This document shows positions 41,137-49,682 of a stretch of 64,000 nucleotides of DNA, piece after piece. The stretch spans positions 7,055-71,054 of the forward strand of contig JAAYTK010000074.1 of the NCBI GenBank assembly GCA_012523775.1. The letters run 5' to 3'. The notes under the pieces are model-generated. The model did no database searches. It was given only the letters and a program-made list of their open reading frames with translations, and was not told the origin of the DNA. The stretch's first letter is position 1. Each line of letters starts with the position of its first letter. Made by a program: the position numbers and the translations under genes. Source of the stretch: Clostridiales bacterium (lineage in GTDB: Bacteria; Bacillota; Clostridia; Lachnospirales; Lachnospiraceae).

Positions 41137-42207
41137 CTACCTTTTCATTCTAGGGTCAAATGCATCCCTAAGGCCATCGCCTATAAAACTAAAGCCTAAC
41201 ACTGTTACAACAATTAATATACCTGCTGGTACCCACATATTAGGGTAATGTGCAAGAATCTCCTGTCCTCTGGAAGGATCGGCAAGCGCTATCATCGAGC
41301 CCCATGCAGCCCTAGGGAACGGAACACCAAGTCCAAGGTAAGAAAGAGTCGACTCATAAAGAATTACTCCTCCCAATCCCAAGGTTGCGCTTACAATCAA
41401 CTGTGGCATGGTGTTCGGAACGAGATGCTTGAATATCTTATTCCATGCTGAGATTCCTGTTGTTTCGGCTGCCATCATATATTCCTGCTCTCTCAGCATG
41501 AGTATCTGTCCTCTTACAATTCGGGCTGGACCAGTCCATCCCATCAAAGTCATAAATGCCATCAGATAATAAATTCTGTGCTCCGCCGGAATGCTTTCGA
41601 TGGAACTGATTGCCGCCGAAAGTACTAAAAGTATCGGCATACCGGGAAGACATGAAAATATATCAACAATTCTCATAACAACTTGGTCGACCCATTTTCC
41701 GTAATAACCAGCCAAGCCACCAAGAAGTATTCCTAAAAGCATTTCTATAATAATAACAATAAAGGATATTGTTAATGAAATACGTCCGCCATACATAAGG
41801 CGTGTAAATATATCGAAACCAGACGTATCCGTACCAAGCCAGTGCTCAGTTGACGGAGGCGCTTTAAAAAGTACCAATGTCTGGGATTTGTCATAATAAG
41901 TATATGGCTTTCCATCAGGCCCAATAAACTCGGCAGTGGTTACCATATCTGCATTCCGCTCAATTTTGAAAACCTGTGTTTCTTTATAGCCCCAAGTAGC
42001 GTCGATTATTAACGGCCCCAAAAATGAGAATATAAACACAAATATTATCATAATAAGGCCTGCGATTGACAACTTACTCTTAAAAAACCTTTTAGCTACC
42101 ATACGACCTGGAGATATTACTCTAAAATGCTGATCTACATTTAATTCAGCATTGTCCTGATGGTCAATATTATTCTGTTTTAAATCGTTTTCAGTATTTA
42201 ATGCCAT
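41137..42207 (-). CDS. oppC: Opp-family ABC permease C
   Basis: HWLGTD..GFDIFTRLMYGGRISL, EAA loop REQEYMMAAETTG, and GDGLRDAFDP. Confidence 0.95.
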   Translation of the reverse strand: MALNTENDLKQNNIDHQDNAELNVDQHFRVISPGRMVAKRFFKSKLSIAGLIMIIFVFIFSFLGPLIIDATWGYKETQVFKIERNADMVTTAEFIGPDGKPYTYYDKSQTLVLFKAPPSTEHWLGTDTSGFDIFTRLMYGGRISLTISFIVIIIEMLLGILLGGLAGYYGKWVDQVVMRIVDIFSCLPGMPILLVLSAAISSIESIPAEHRIYYLMAFMTLMGWTGPARIVRGQILMLREQEYMMAAETTGISAWNKIFKHLVPNTMPQLIVSATLGLGGVILYESTLSYLGLGVPFPRAAWGSMIALADPSRGQEILAHYPNMWVPAGILIVVTVLGFSFIGDGLRDAFDPRMKR

Positions 42208-42221
42208 TGATATCCCCCTTC

Positions 42222-43232
42222 CTATGATAGTTTAACACGGGGATCAACCACCATGTACATAATATCCGATATTAGCATACCAAGTACCGTTAGTATAGCT
42301 AAAAACATATTGTAACCCATTATAAAAGGTATATCTCCCTGCGTTGTTGCTCTCAGAGCCATATAACCGATTCCGGGAATTGCAAACACTGTCTCAGTGA
42401 TCATAGCACCGCCAAACAGTCCGGGAAGCATACCTGAAAGTGATGTAACCAGCGGAATCATGGTATTTCTAAATGCATGCTTGTAGGTTACTACCTTTTC
42501 AGACAATCCCTTTGCCCGTGCGGTTCTTATATAGTCCGAATTCAGTACCTCCAGCATGTTGGTTCTGGTAAATTTCATAGTACTGCCTACACCCAAAAGT
42601 GTCAGAACAGTTATTGGCAATACCAAATGCCACGCTTTATCCAATAAAATCTGAAAGTGAGCATCGGGTGCAAAAATCTTCGTCGCTGTCGTTAACCCCT
42701 GTAATGGGAAAATACCTAATCTTATAGCAAAAACATTCATAAGCAGTGCGGACAAAAAGAAAGAGGGTAAGGATGCACCCATCATAGCAAAAACCGAAAC
42801 GGTGTAGTCATAAGCACTGTATTGATTTACAGAGGCCTTAATTCCCATCGGTATTCCGATTAGAATCTGTAAAATAAATGATATTAAAGCAATCATAAAT
42901 GATATCCATATATAATCGGAAAGGACGTCTGTAACAGGCTTGCCGTACACAAAGGAATGACCCAGATCACCGGTTAAGGTACCTGTCAGCCATGTCCCAT
43001 AGCTCTTTAATATTCCGGTAAAGCTTTTGTCAGCAAGACCATATAGCTCTTTTAAGCGCTGAACATCCTCTTGGGTCATTGCACCGCTTTGTAGAGCGGC
43101 TGATGTTTGATTATCAATATAGTCTGCAGGCATAAGCATAGAAAGCATATAGATTAAAACCGATACGCCTGCCAATATCAGCAATGCCAATGCTATTCTT
43201 TTAAGTAAATATTTCCACATATTAGCCCTCAA
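42222..43232 (-). CDS. oppB: Opp-family ABC permease B
   Basis: GDLGHS, HLVLP, DYIRTARAKGL, HAFRN, ETVFAIPG and DPRVK motifs. Confidence 0.95.
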   Translation of the reverse strand: MRANMWKYLLKRIALALLILAGVSVLIYMLSMLMPADYIDNQTSAALQSGAMTQEDVQRLKELYGLADKSFTGILKSYGTWLTGTLTGDLGHSFVYGKPVTDVLSDYIWISFMIALISFILQILIGIPMGIKASVNQYSAYDYTVSVFAMMGASLPSFFLSALLMNVFAIRLGIFPLQGLTTATKIFAPDAHFQILLDKAWHLVLPITVLTLLGVGSTMKFTRTNMLEVLNSDYIRTARAKGLSEKVVTYKHAFRNTMIPLVTSLSGMLPGLFGGAMITETVFAIPGIGYMALRATTQGDIPFIMGYNMFLAILTVLGMLISDIMYMVVDPRVKLS

Positions 43233-43245
43233 TCCATTAAGAAGT

Positions 43246-43275
43246 GGTACAAGGCTTAATTATAAGCCTTGTACC
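43246..43275 (-). other. Intergenic stem-loop between oppA and oppB (no U-tract)
   Basis: Perfect 13-bp stem GGTACAAGGCTTA / TAAGCCTTGTACC. Confidence 0.7.
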
Positions 43276-43306
43276 CTTAATATATTCTTCTAATCTTCTA
43301 ATAATA

Positions 43307-45787
43307 TTAGTTCAACTCAACATTCCAAATAAATGATAATGGAGACTGGAATGGTGTTACATCATCGCCACTGAAGAGTGTATCAGTGTTGATAACTTCC
43401 TTGTTATATACATACATATTCTTTCTCTGATAGGTCGGTACCTCTACAGCCAAACCTGTGGAGAGTTCGAGTGCTCTCTTGTAAATAGCCTTACGCTCCT
43501 CAGTGTCAATTGTAGAACGACCTGCCATAATCAGATCATTCAGCTCATTAAGCATTGCCTTCTCTTCATCTGAACCATTCTCAAACAGATAGTAGAGACC
43601 GCTTCTTGCTGCTGAAGTACCCTGATTTACCTTCGGGTCTGAATGCCAGATCTGGAACATGTCAGGGTCAACTCCGCCGCTGCCCCATGCTGCTGCCCAA
43701 ACCTGAATTCCGGATTCATAAGCTGTACTCAGCTTACCAAGGAGATTCTGGTCAGTCTCAATATCAACCTTTACACCGATTTTCTCAAGAACTGCCTGAG
43801 TATCGATAAAGATTGAGCCTGCAGGGTGATCCTTAGCTTCTGAAGGAAGTGTAAACTTAAATGTTACCTGTGTACCGGCCTTCTCATGACCATCGGGATA
43901 AGTCATTACGTTATTAGCCTCGTCATATTTATATCCTGCCTCCAGGAATAATGCCTTGGATGTCTCACCAGTCTCGTCATAAGGGAACATATCTTCCGGA
44001 TTATCCGGATAAGCCCAAAGTATCTTAGTCATTGTACGATAGTTTACGCTAGCCAGCTCTTGATAATAGTTGTCTACTGCTAACTGAACATTCATAGCAT
44101 GAGCAAGAGCTTTTCTAACTTCAAACTCAGGTACAGCCTGGCCCTGAATACCGATATAGCCATAACCGTCATTGTCTACCAATGTATATCCAAGCTTAGC
44201 GTAGTTATCAGCTCCGGCTGTAATATCATTAATAACAGTCATGGAAGCTGAAGGATCGGAATAGTGAACAGTTCCTGTCAGAACTGAGTCAAGTTCTGCA
44301 CCTAATGCAATTTCCTGATAACGGAAGGTCTTGATCTTTGGAGAACCAAGCATGAAATTGTCATTAGCTGTATAGGTAACTACATTGTCTTTCCACTCCT
44401 GGAACACATAAGGTCCTGCTCCTAAAGGTCTGTCATTCTTTGTCTTAAGGAAATCCATGAATTCCTTATTACCGGTATCTACTCCAAAATCATTCAGATT
44501 ACCGGTATATCCGTCGGTATAATAATGGAAAGGAGCAACTGTGACGCCTAATTTAAAGATTGCTGTAGGGTCTACGCCGTTAATAACAACCTTTATATAT
44601 TCTCTTTCAACGCCGTCATCACATACCATTGTACCGGAAGTAATTCCACTAATACTCTTAACTCCGCCAGCTACCTGTCCTTCTGAAGAAATATATGCTG
44701 TCTTGATATAATCCTGTATGGTCAGATCTCCGGCCTTTTCATAGTTAATACCGGCATCGCTTAAGTCATAGCCATAAGCGCCGAGAATGTTTTCCCAATA
44801 AATATTAGCATCTACAGTATCTGCAGCCAAATCGTATTTATTTCCTAAACTATCTATGAAGGCACCATCGGCATCAAGTTCGCCGAATCCCCATAGAACC
44901 ATACCGTATGCAGCCTGCATATTAGTGTTAGCTGCTACTTCTTCTGCGGTATATGGTGCAAAATAGTCCGGAATATAACCGGTGTAGTTTGTATTAACAT
45001 AATCAATGATTTCCTGAGCAAATGTGGCTCCGGCTTCATCCAGGTAGCTCCAGAAAACTTCCTGTTGCTCCATTGTTACGCCGTCAGCAGGATTAATCAC
45101 CATAGAACCGTCATCACCGGTTGTGATGCCTGCATCAAGAATTGCATCAACTGCCTCAAGTACATCAGCACTTGTCTGGAGGCGATACTCATTGATACCC
45201 TGTATGTTCATGGTATAGAATGTAGAGGATCCATCGTATTTAGGATCGCTCAATACATACATTGAGAACAAAACGTCCTTTGCAGTAATGGGTGCGCCAT
45301 CACTGAAAGTAAGCTTGTTTTTCAGAATAAATGTATATGTTGTTGATGAATTACCCTCGCCAATTTCCTGTGTAAAATCATAAGCATAGCTGGGAACATC
45401 GATGCCTGCCTCAGGTGCACCAAACTTATTATAATAAAGCAGACCAATATGTGCCATACCGTTTACGTCCACGTCATAAGCCGATGTCGCAAAGAACGGA
45501 CTGAACTTACCATCCAGAGTTCCTATGCTTACAACCAGAGGACTTGTTTCATTGTTGCCTGTCCTGGGTGTTACTGTAGCATCATATCTGTTAGCAGGAA
45601 CGTCAGGAAGTACCTCAACCGGCTTATCAGTTCCGGTATCATCCGAAGGTTTATCGGGTGCTTTTGTTGGTGTTTCTGTTGTGTCAGGTTTTTTAGTATC
45701 ATCTTTTTTGGAGCAGCCTACAGCTGAAAAGGCTAGTACAAATGCCAACAGCAGAGCAAGCATGCCCTTAGTAAACTTGAATTTCAT
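43307..45787 (-). CDS. oppA: Family-5 (OppA-like) substrate-binding lipoprotein, unusually large (826 aa)
   Basis: Lipobox AVGC, a P/T/D-rich linker, LTFSDGAPITAKDVLFS, PLGAGPY, VRKALAHA and ERKAIY motifs. Confidence 0.9.
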   Translation of the reverse strand: MKFKFTKGMLALLLAFVLAFSAVGCSKKDDTKKPDTTETPTKAPDKPSDDTGTDKPVEVLPDVPANRYDATVTPRTGNNETSPLVVSIGTLDGKFSPFFATSAYDVDVNGMAHIGLLYYNKFGAPEAGIDVPSYAYDFTQEIGEGNSSTTYTFILKNKLTFSDGAPITAKDVLFSMYVLSDPKYDGSSTFYTMNIQGINEYRLQTSADVLEAVDAILDAGITTGDDGSMVINPADGVTMEQQEVFWSYLDEAGATFAQEIIDYVNTNYTGYIPDYFAPYTAEEVAANTNMQAAYGMVLWGFGELDADGAFIDSLGNKYDLAADTVDANIYWENILGAYGYDLSDAGINYEKAGDLTIQDYIKTAYISSEGQVAGGVKSISGITSGTMVCDDGVEREYIKVVINGVDPTAIFKLGVTVAPFHYYTDGYTGNLNDFGVDTGNKEFMDFLKTKNDRPLGAGPYVFQEWKDNVVTYTANDNFMLGSPKIKTFRYQEIALGAELDSVLTGTVHYSDPSASMTVINDITAGADNYAKLGYTLVDNDGYGYIGIQGQAVPEFEVRKALAHAMNVQLAVDNYYQELASVNYRTMTKILWAYPDNPEDMFPYDETGETSKALFLEAGYKYDEANNVMTYPDGHEKAGTQVTFKFTLPSEAKDHPAGSIFIDTQAVLEKIGVKVDIETDQNLLGKLSTAYESGIQVWAAAWGSGGVDPDMFQIWHSDPKVNQGTSAARSGLYYLFENGSDEEKAMLNELNDLIMAGRSTIDTEERKAIYKRALELSTGLAVEVPTYQRKNMYVYNKEVINTDTLFSGDDVTPFQSPLSFIWNVELN

Positions 45788-46073
45788 AACTTCTCCTCCT
45801 TTAAATATTATATATTTAAATTTTTAAATATATTTGGTTTGAAATAATTTCCTTTTGTGCCTTATAATTAAAATAGGCAAAAGATATTGATTATAATCAT
45901 ACGTTATAATACGGATCTTCCACCTGATAGATAACCCTCTTTTGAAATTTTGACGCTTGTCTTATTGTGGCACGATGTAGCACGATGCTTTCGAATTACA
46001 ATTGCGGCACTGCAAAGCGTTAAAGTCATATGGCATACTAAATCATTCATTACAAATGTAACCCGTCTAGTAT

Positions 46074-46100
46074 TAAAAAGGTCGTCAATACCGACGACCT
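46074..46100 (-). terminator. Intrinsic terminator about 290 nt upstream of oppA
   Basis: Minus strand AGGTCGTC-GGTATT-GACGACCT-TTTT. Confidence 0.7.
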
Positions 46101-46201
46101 ATTATGCCTCATGTATATCTCGCTGACCTTTTCCCCTATCCTATTTTTTGCTTTACTTATAATACGATATTAGTATTATTGTATCATTTGTATCTTTCAT
46201 T

Positions 46202-46230
46202 AAAATATCATAGATATTATTTATTGTCAA
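46202..46230 (-). promoter_or_regulatory. Sigma-A promoter facing the opp operon
   Basis: TTGACA-17 nt-TATTTT with an extended -10 TG. Confidence 0.6.
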
Positions 46231-46313
46231 GCATCAGCTTATCCTTTCTATATATTTCTATATCTTTTTCAAAAATCCGTCATCCATTTTCTTCCCCTTG
46301 TTTCCGTGCAAAA

Positions 46314-46341
46314 AGCACATTTTCTGCTTAACATCATATAA
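46314..46341 (+). promoter_or_regulatory. SigK-like promoter for spoVFAB
   Basis: GCACA-15 nt-CATATAAT upstream of the SD. spoVF is SigK-dependent in B. subtilis. Confidence 0.4.
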
Positions 46342-46363
46342 TGTCACATAAGGAGGGAGTAAG

Positions 46364-47233
46364 ATGTCTTATAACAGAAAAATCGGTATATTTGGCGGTG
46401 ACAAACGTCAGGTTTATATGGCATTATCTCTGCTTAACAAAGGGTATAATGTATGCTCGTATAAACTCATTGACCAGGTTGAACACGTAAATCATATTGC
46501 TGTTGACGGCTTAAATCAATTATTTAATACATGTCAGATACTGATTGGTCCCGTTCCCCTAACTAAAGACCTCGTAACCGTATCTGAGGACAAAGTCTGT
46601 GATTTAAGCAAAACTATTATTCGTTTCATTAATAAAAAACATATGCTTATCGGTGGAATGATTCCTTCAGAAATCACTGATATATGCAACAAAAAAGGTG
46701 TATTCTGCTATGATTTTATGAAGGATGAGAAAATAGCAATAATGAATGCTGTATCGACAGCAGAAGGTGCCATAATGGAAGCAATTAAGAACAGTGACCG
46801 GAATCTTCATCAAAGCAATTGCCTTGTACTTGGTTATGGTCGATGCGGTAAGGTTCTAGCGGCTAAGCTTAAGGGTCTTGATGCACATGTAACCGTAGCG
46901 GCACGAAATGAGGAGTCCCTGGCTTATGCACAGGCAATAGGCTTTAATACGGTTAATCTTTATAAGATTAAGCCGATTTTGAATTCCTTTCAATATATTT
47001 TTAATACTATTCCCTCACTGATACTGGATTCAACATGCTTGGAATCAGTATGCCCGGATGTCGTAATAATTGATATAGCTTCTGCTCCGGGTGGAGTAGA
47101 TTATGCCTATGCTCTAAACCATGGAATTAATGCAAAATTGTGTCTGGGCCTTCCCGGTAAGGTTGCCCCAAAGGCATCAGCAGATATATTAGTAACTGAA
47201 ATTGAAGCTCGGATAAAAGAAAGAAGTGGTTAA
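46364..47233 (+). CDS. spoVFA: Dipicolinate synthase subunit A
   Basis: IFGGDKRQ, NAVSTAEGAI, LGYGRCG, NTIP, IDIASAPGGVD and LGLPGKVAPK motifs. Confidence 0.95.
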   Translation: MSYNRKIGIFGGDKRQVYMALSLLNKGYNVCSYKLIDQVEHVNHIAVDGLNQLFNTCQILIGPVPLTKDLVTVSEDKVCDLSKTIIRFINKKHMLIGGMIPSEITDICNKKGVFCYDFMKDEKIAIMNAVSTAEGAIMEAIKNSDRNLHQSNCLVLGYGRCGKVLAAKLKGLDAHVTVAARNEESLAYAQAIGFNTVNLYKIKPILNSFQYIFNTIPSLILDSTCLESVCPDVVIIDIASAPGGVDYAYALNHGINAKLCLGLPGKVAPKASADILVTEIEARIKERSG

Positions 47234-47821
47234 ATGAATATCAGTGGTAAAAATATCGGTATTGCCCTGACAGGCTCATACTGTACCTTTGACAAGGTCT
47301 TTCCTCAGATTGAAAGGCTTGTAAAGGAAAACGCCAATATATATACGATTTTTTCTTACCAGTCCCAAACGACCGATACACGCTTTGGAAAATCTGCAGA
47401 CTTTATAAAGCTTGCCAAGGAGATAACAGGCAACAATCCAATAACCACAATAGTTGAGGCGGAAGAGCTTGGTCCGAATAATACACTTGATGCTGTGGTG
47501 GTTGCGCCCTGTAGCGGTAATACCTTGGCTAAAATGGCGAATGCAATAACCGATTCTCCGGTACTGATGGCAACCAAGGGTCTTCTACGTAATAATAAGC
47601 CCGTAATATTAGCTGTATCGACCAACGATGCCTTGGGTAATAATCTGAAAAATATCGGAATGTTAATAAACATAAAGAACGTATACTTTGTACCCTTTGG
47701 ACAGGATAATTATAAGAGAAAGCCATATTCGATGGTCGCACAATTCGATTTGATTCTGCCCACAATTGAAAAAGCTCTGGAAGGTGTACAAATACAGCCT
47801 ATTGTACTGGCACCGACATAA
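47234..47821 (+). CDS. spoVFB: Dipicolinate synthase subunit B
   Basis: IALTGSYCTF, APCSGNTLAKMA, STNDALG, YFVPFGQD and QIQP motifs. Confidence 0.96.
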   Translation: MNISGKNIGIALTGSYCTFDKVFPQIERLVKENANIYTIFSYQSQTTDTRFGKSADFIKLAKEITGNNPITTIVEAEELGPNNTLDAVVVAPCSGNTLAKMANAITDSPVLMATKGLLRNNKPVILAVSTNDALGNNLKNIGMLINIKNVYFVPFGQDNYKRKPYSMVAQFDLILPTIEKALEGVQIQPIVLAPT

Positions 47822-47828
47822 TTAAAAT

Positions 47829-47880
47829 GAGCTGTCTCAAAATAAGTAAATCACATACATTATTTTGGAACAGCTCTTTT
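47829..47880. terminator. Probable terminator between convergent spoVFB and yajC
   Basis: GAGCTGTCTCAAAATA...TATTTTGGAACAGCTC-TTTT. Confidence 0.6.
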
Positions 47881-47888
47881 ATCTGTTG

Positions 47889-48218
47889 TTATTCTTTATT
47901 AGCCTTTTCTATTTCTGCTATGGCATTTTTTCTCATCGGGATTCTGCAGTTTTTATTATTACCGAATTCAACAATTACTACCTCTTCCATAACATCGATT
48001 ACTACTCCGTAAAATCCACTGCTGGTTAGTACGCTGTCACCCTTTTCTAAGGTGGAAAGCATAGCCTGCATCTGCTTCTGCTGCTTTTTCTGAGGACGAA
48101 TCAGCATAAAATACAATAACAGTCCCAGTACACCCAGCTGAATAATTAATAATAAAAAACCACCGCTATTTGAAGGTGTGTCTGTCGCATTTTCTGCCAG
48201 AAATACTAAATTATACAT
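47889..48218 (-). CDS. yajC: Preprotein translocase subunit YajC
   Basis: One TM helix followed by IRPQKKQQK and LEKGDSVLTSSGFYG. Confidence 0.95.
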   Translation of the reverse strand: MYNLVFLAENATDTPSNSGGFLLLIIQLGVLGLLLYFMLIRPQKKQQKQMQAMLSTLEKGDSVLTSSGFYGVVIDVMEEVVIVEFGNNKNCRIPMRKNAIAEIEKANKE

Positions 48219-48301
48219 AAATATTACCTCCTAGGTTAAATTGAATTCTATCTATCATCCCAAGTCTTTTTCTGTATATTGACTTGGGTTATGAGTAATT
48301 T

Positions 48302-49441
48302 CTAAGGCTTATCTTCTTCAAGTGACAAGTCTTCCAGCTTCTGCTTTTTGTATTGCTTGTAGCTTTTATTTCGGATGGCCTCACGTATTTCCTCCATAAG
48401 ATGATTATAAAAGTAAAGATTGTGGAGAACCAATAAGCGCATTCCTAACATTTCTTTAGCCTTTAATAGATGCCTTATATATGCTCTGCTATAGGTCTTA
48501 CATGCAGGACAGGCACATCCCTCCTCGATAGGTCTGTCGTCTAATTCATATTTTGCATTGAATAAATTCATTTTCCCATGACCCGTATAGGCATGTCCAT
48601 GTCTTCCGTTTCGGGATGGATAAACACAATCAAAGAAATCTACACCACGGTCAACTGCCTCCAGAATATTCGCCGGTGTTCCCACTCCCATAAGATATAC
48701 AGGTTTATTCACAGGCAGGTGGGGTGTCGTCTCTTCAATTATTCTATACATCTCCTCGTGACTTTCACCTACCGCCAATCCACCGATAGCGTATCCGTCT
48801 AAATCCATTTCGGATATTATCCTGGCATGTTCTATTCGAATGTCTGCATAGGTACCACCCTGATTTATTCCAAACAGCATTTGCTTCTTATTTATAGTAT
48901 CCTCAAGACTGTTCAGTCTGTCCAACTCATTCTTACATCGAACCAGCCATCTTGTGGTTCTTTCAACAGAGGAGCGTATATATTCCCTGTCAGCCGGATA
49001 TGGAGGACATTCATCAAAAGCCATGGCTATAGTTGACGCAAGATTGGACTGTATCTGCATACTTTCCTCAGGACCCATGAATATCTTTTTTCCATCTACA
49101 TGGGAGTTAAAGTAAACCCCTTCTTCCTTTATCCTTCTTAGCTTGGACAGGGAAAAAACCTGGAAACCGCCTGAATCGGTCAAAATAGGCTTATCCCAAA
49201 CCATAAATTTGTGAAGTCCGCCCATTTTCTTTACTATCTCATCACCCGGTCTTACATGTAAATGATAGGTGTTGGAAAGCTGTACCTGGGTGCCGATATT
49301 GTTAAGGTCTATAGTAGATACAGCTCCCTTTATAGCCGCAGCTGTTCCTACGTTCATGAACACAGGGGTTTGAATCAAACCATGTACTGTCTTAAACTCT
49401 CCGCTTTTGGCACATCCATCCTGTTGTATTAATTTATACAT
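48302..49441 (-). CDS. tgt: tRNA-guanine transglycosylase (preQ1-inserting type)
   Basis: TPVFMNVGT, NTYHL, ILTDSGGFQV, FDEC, GGLAVGE, YLMGVG, FDCVYP and C.C..C..H zinc site. Confidence 0.98.
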   Translation of the reverse strand: MYKLIQQDGCAKSGEFKTVHGLIQTPVFMNVGTAAAIKGAVSTIDLNNIGTQVQLSNTYHLHVRPGDEIVKKMGGLHKFMVWDKPILTDSGGFQVFSLSKLRRIKEEGVYFNSHVDGKKIFMGPEESMQIQSNLASTIAMAFDECPPYPADREYIRSSVERTTRWLVRCKNELDRLNSLEDTINKKQMLFGINQGGTYADIRIEHARIISEMDLDGYAIGGLAVGESHEEMYRIIEETTPHLPVNKPVYLMGVGTPANILEAVDRGVDFFDCVYPSRNGRHGHAYTGHGKMNLFNAKYELDDRPIEEGCACPACKTYSRAYIRHLLKAKEMLGMRLLVLHNLYFYNHLMEEIREAIRNKSYKQYKKQKLEDLSLEEDKP

Positions 49442-49682
49442 AATTCCTTCTTTCTAAATATTAATCCATAAATCAGAGTTTTACATTCCGATTTTATAAT
49501 GCTCATTTATAACATTACAAGTATACCTTGAAAGAATATTATTTTCAACTGTAAAATCCATAATTATTAGAGTCCAATCGTATGGATAAAGATATTGCTT
49601 TATTTTGGTGAAATTGATAGAATAAAAGCAGTACATTATCACAAAAGCATTACCACTTACAATACAGTCGGGGGTCTGTATA

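Noticed and set aside
45905-45945. T-box- or SAM-like sequence (CAGGTGGAAGATCCG) in the oppA leader
   Set aside because: It lacks the GGTGGNACCGCG T-box core and the SAM-I helices, and no terminator follows.
46011-46024. cre-like site TGCAAAGCGTTAAA
   Set aside because: It cannot be aligned to TGWNANCGNTNWCA without several mismatches.
46104-46331. 75-aa plus-strand ORF in the oppA-spoVFA gap
   Set aside because: Low-complexity sequence with no SD, overlapping promoter elements.
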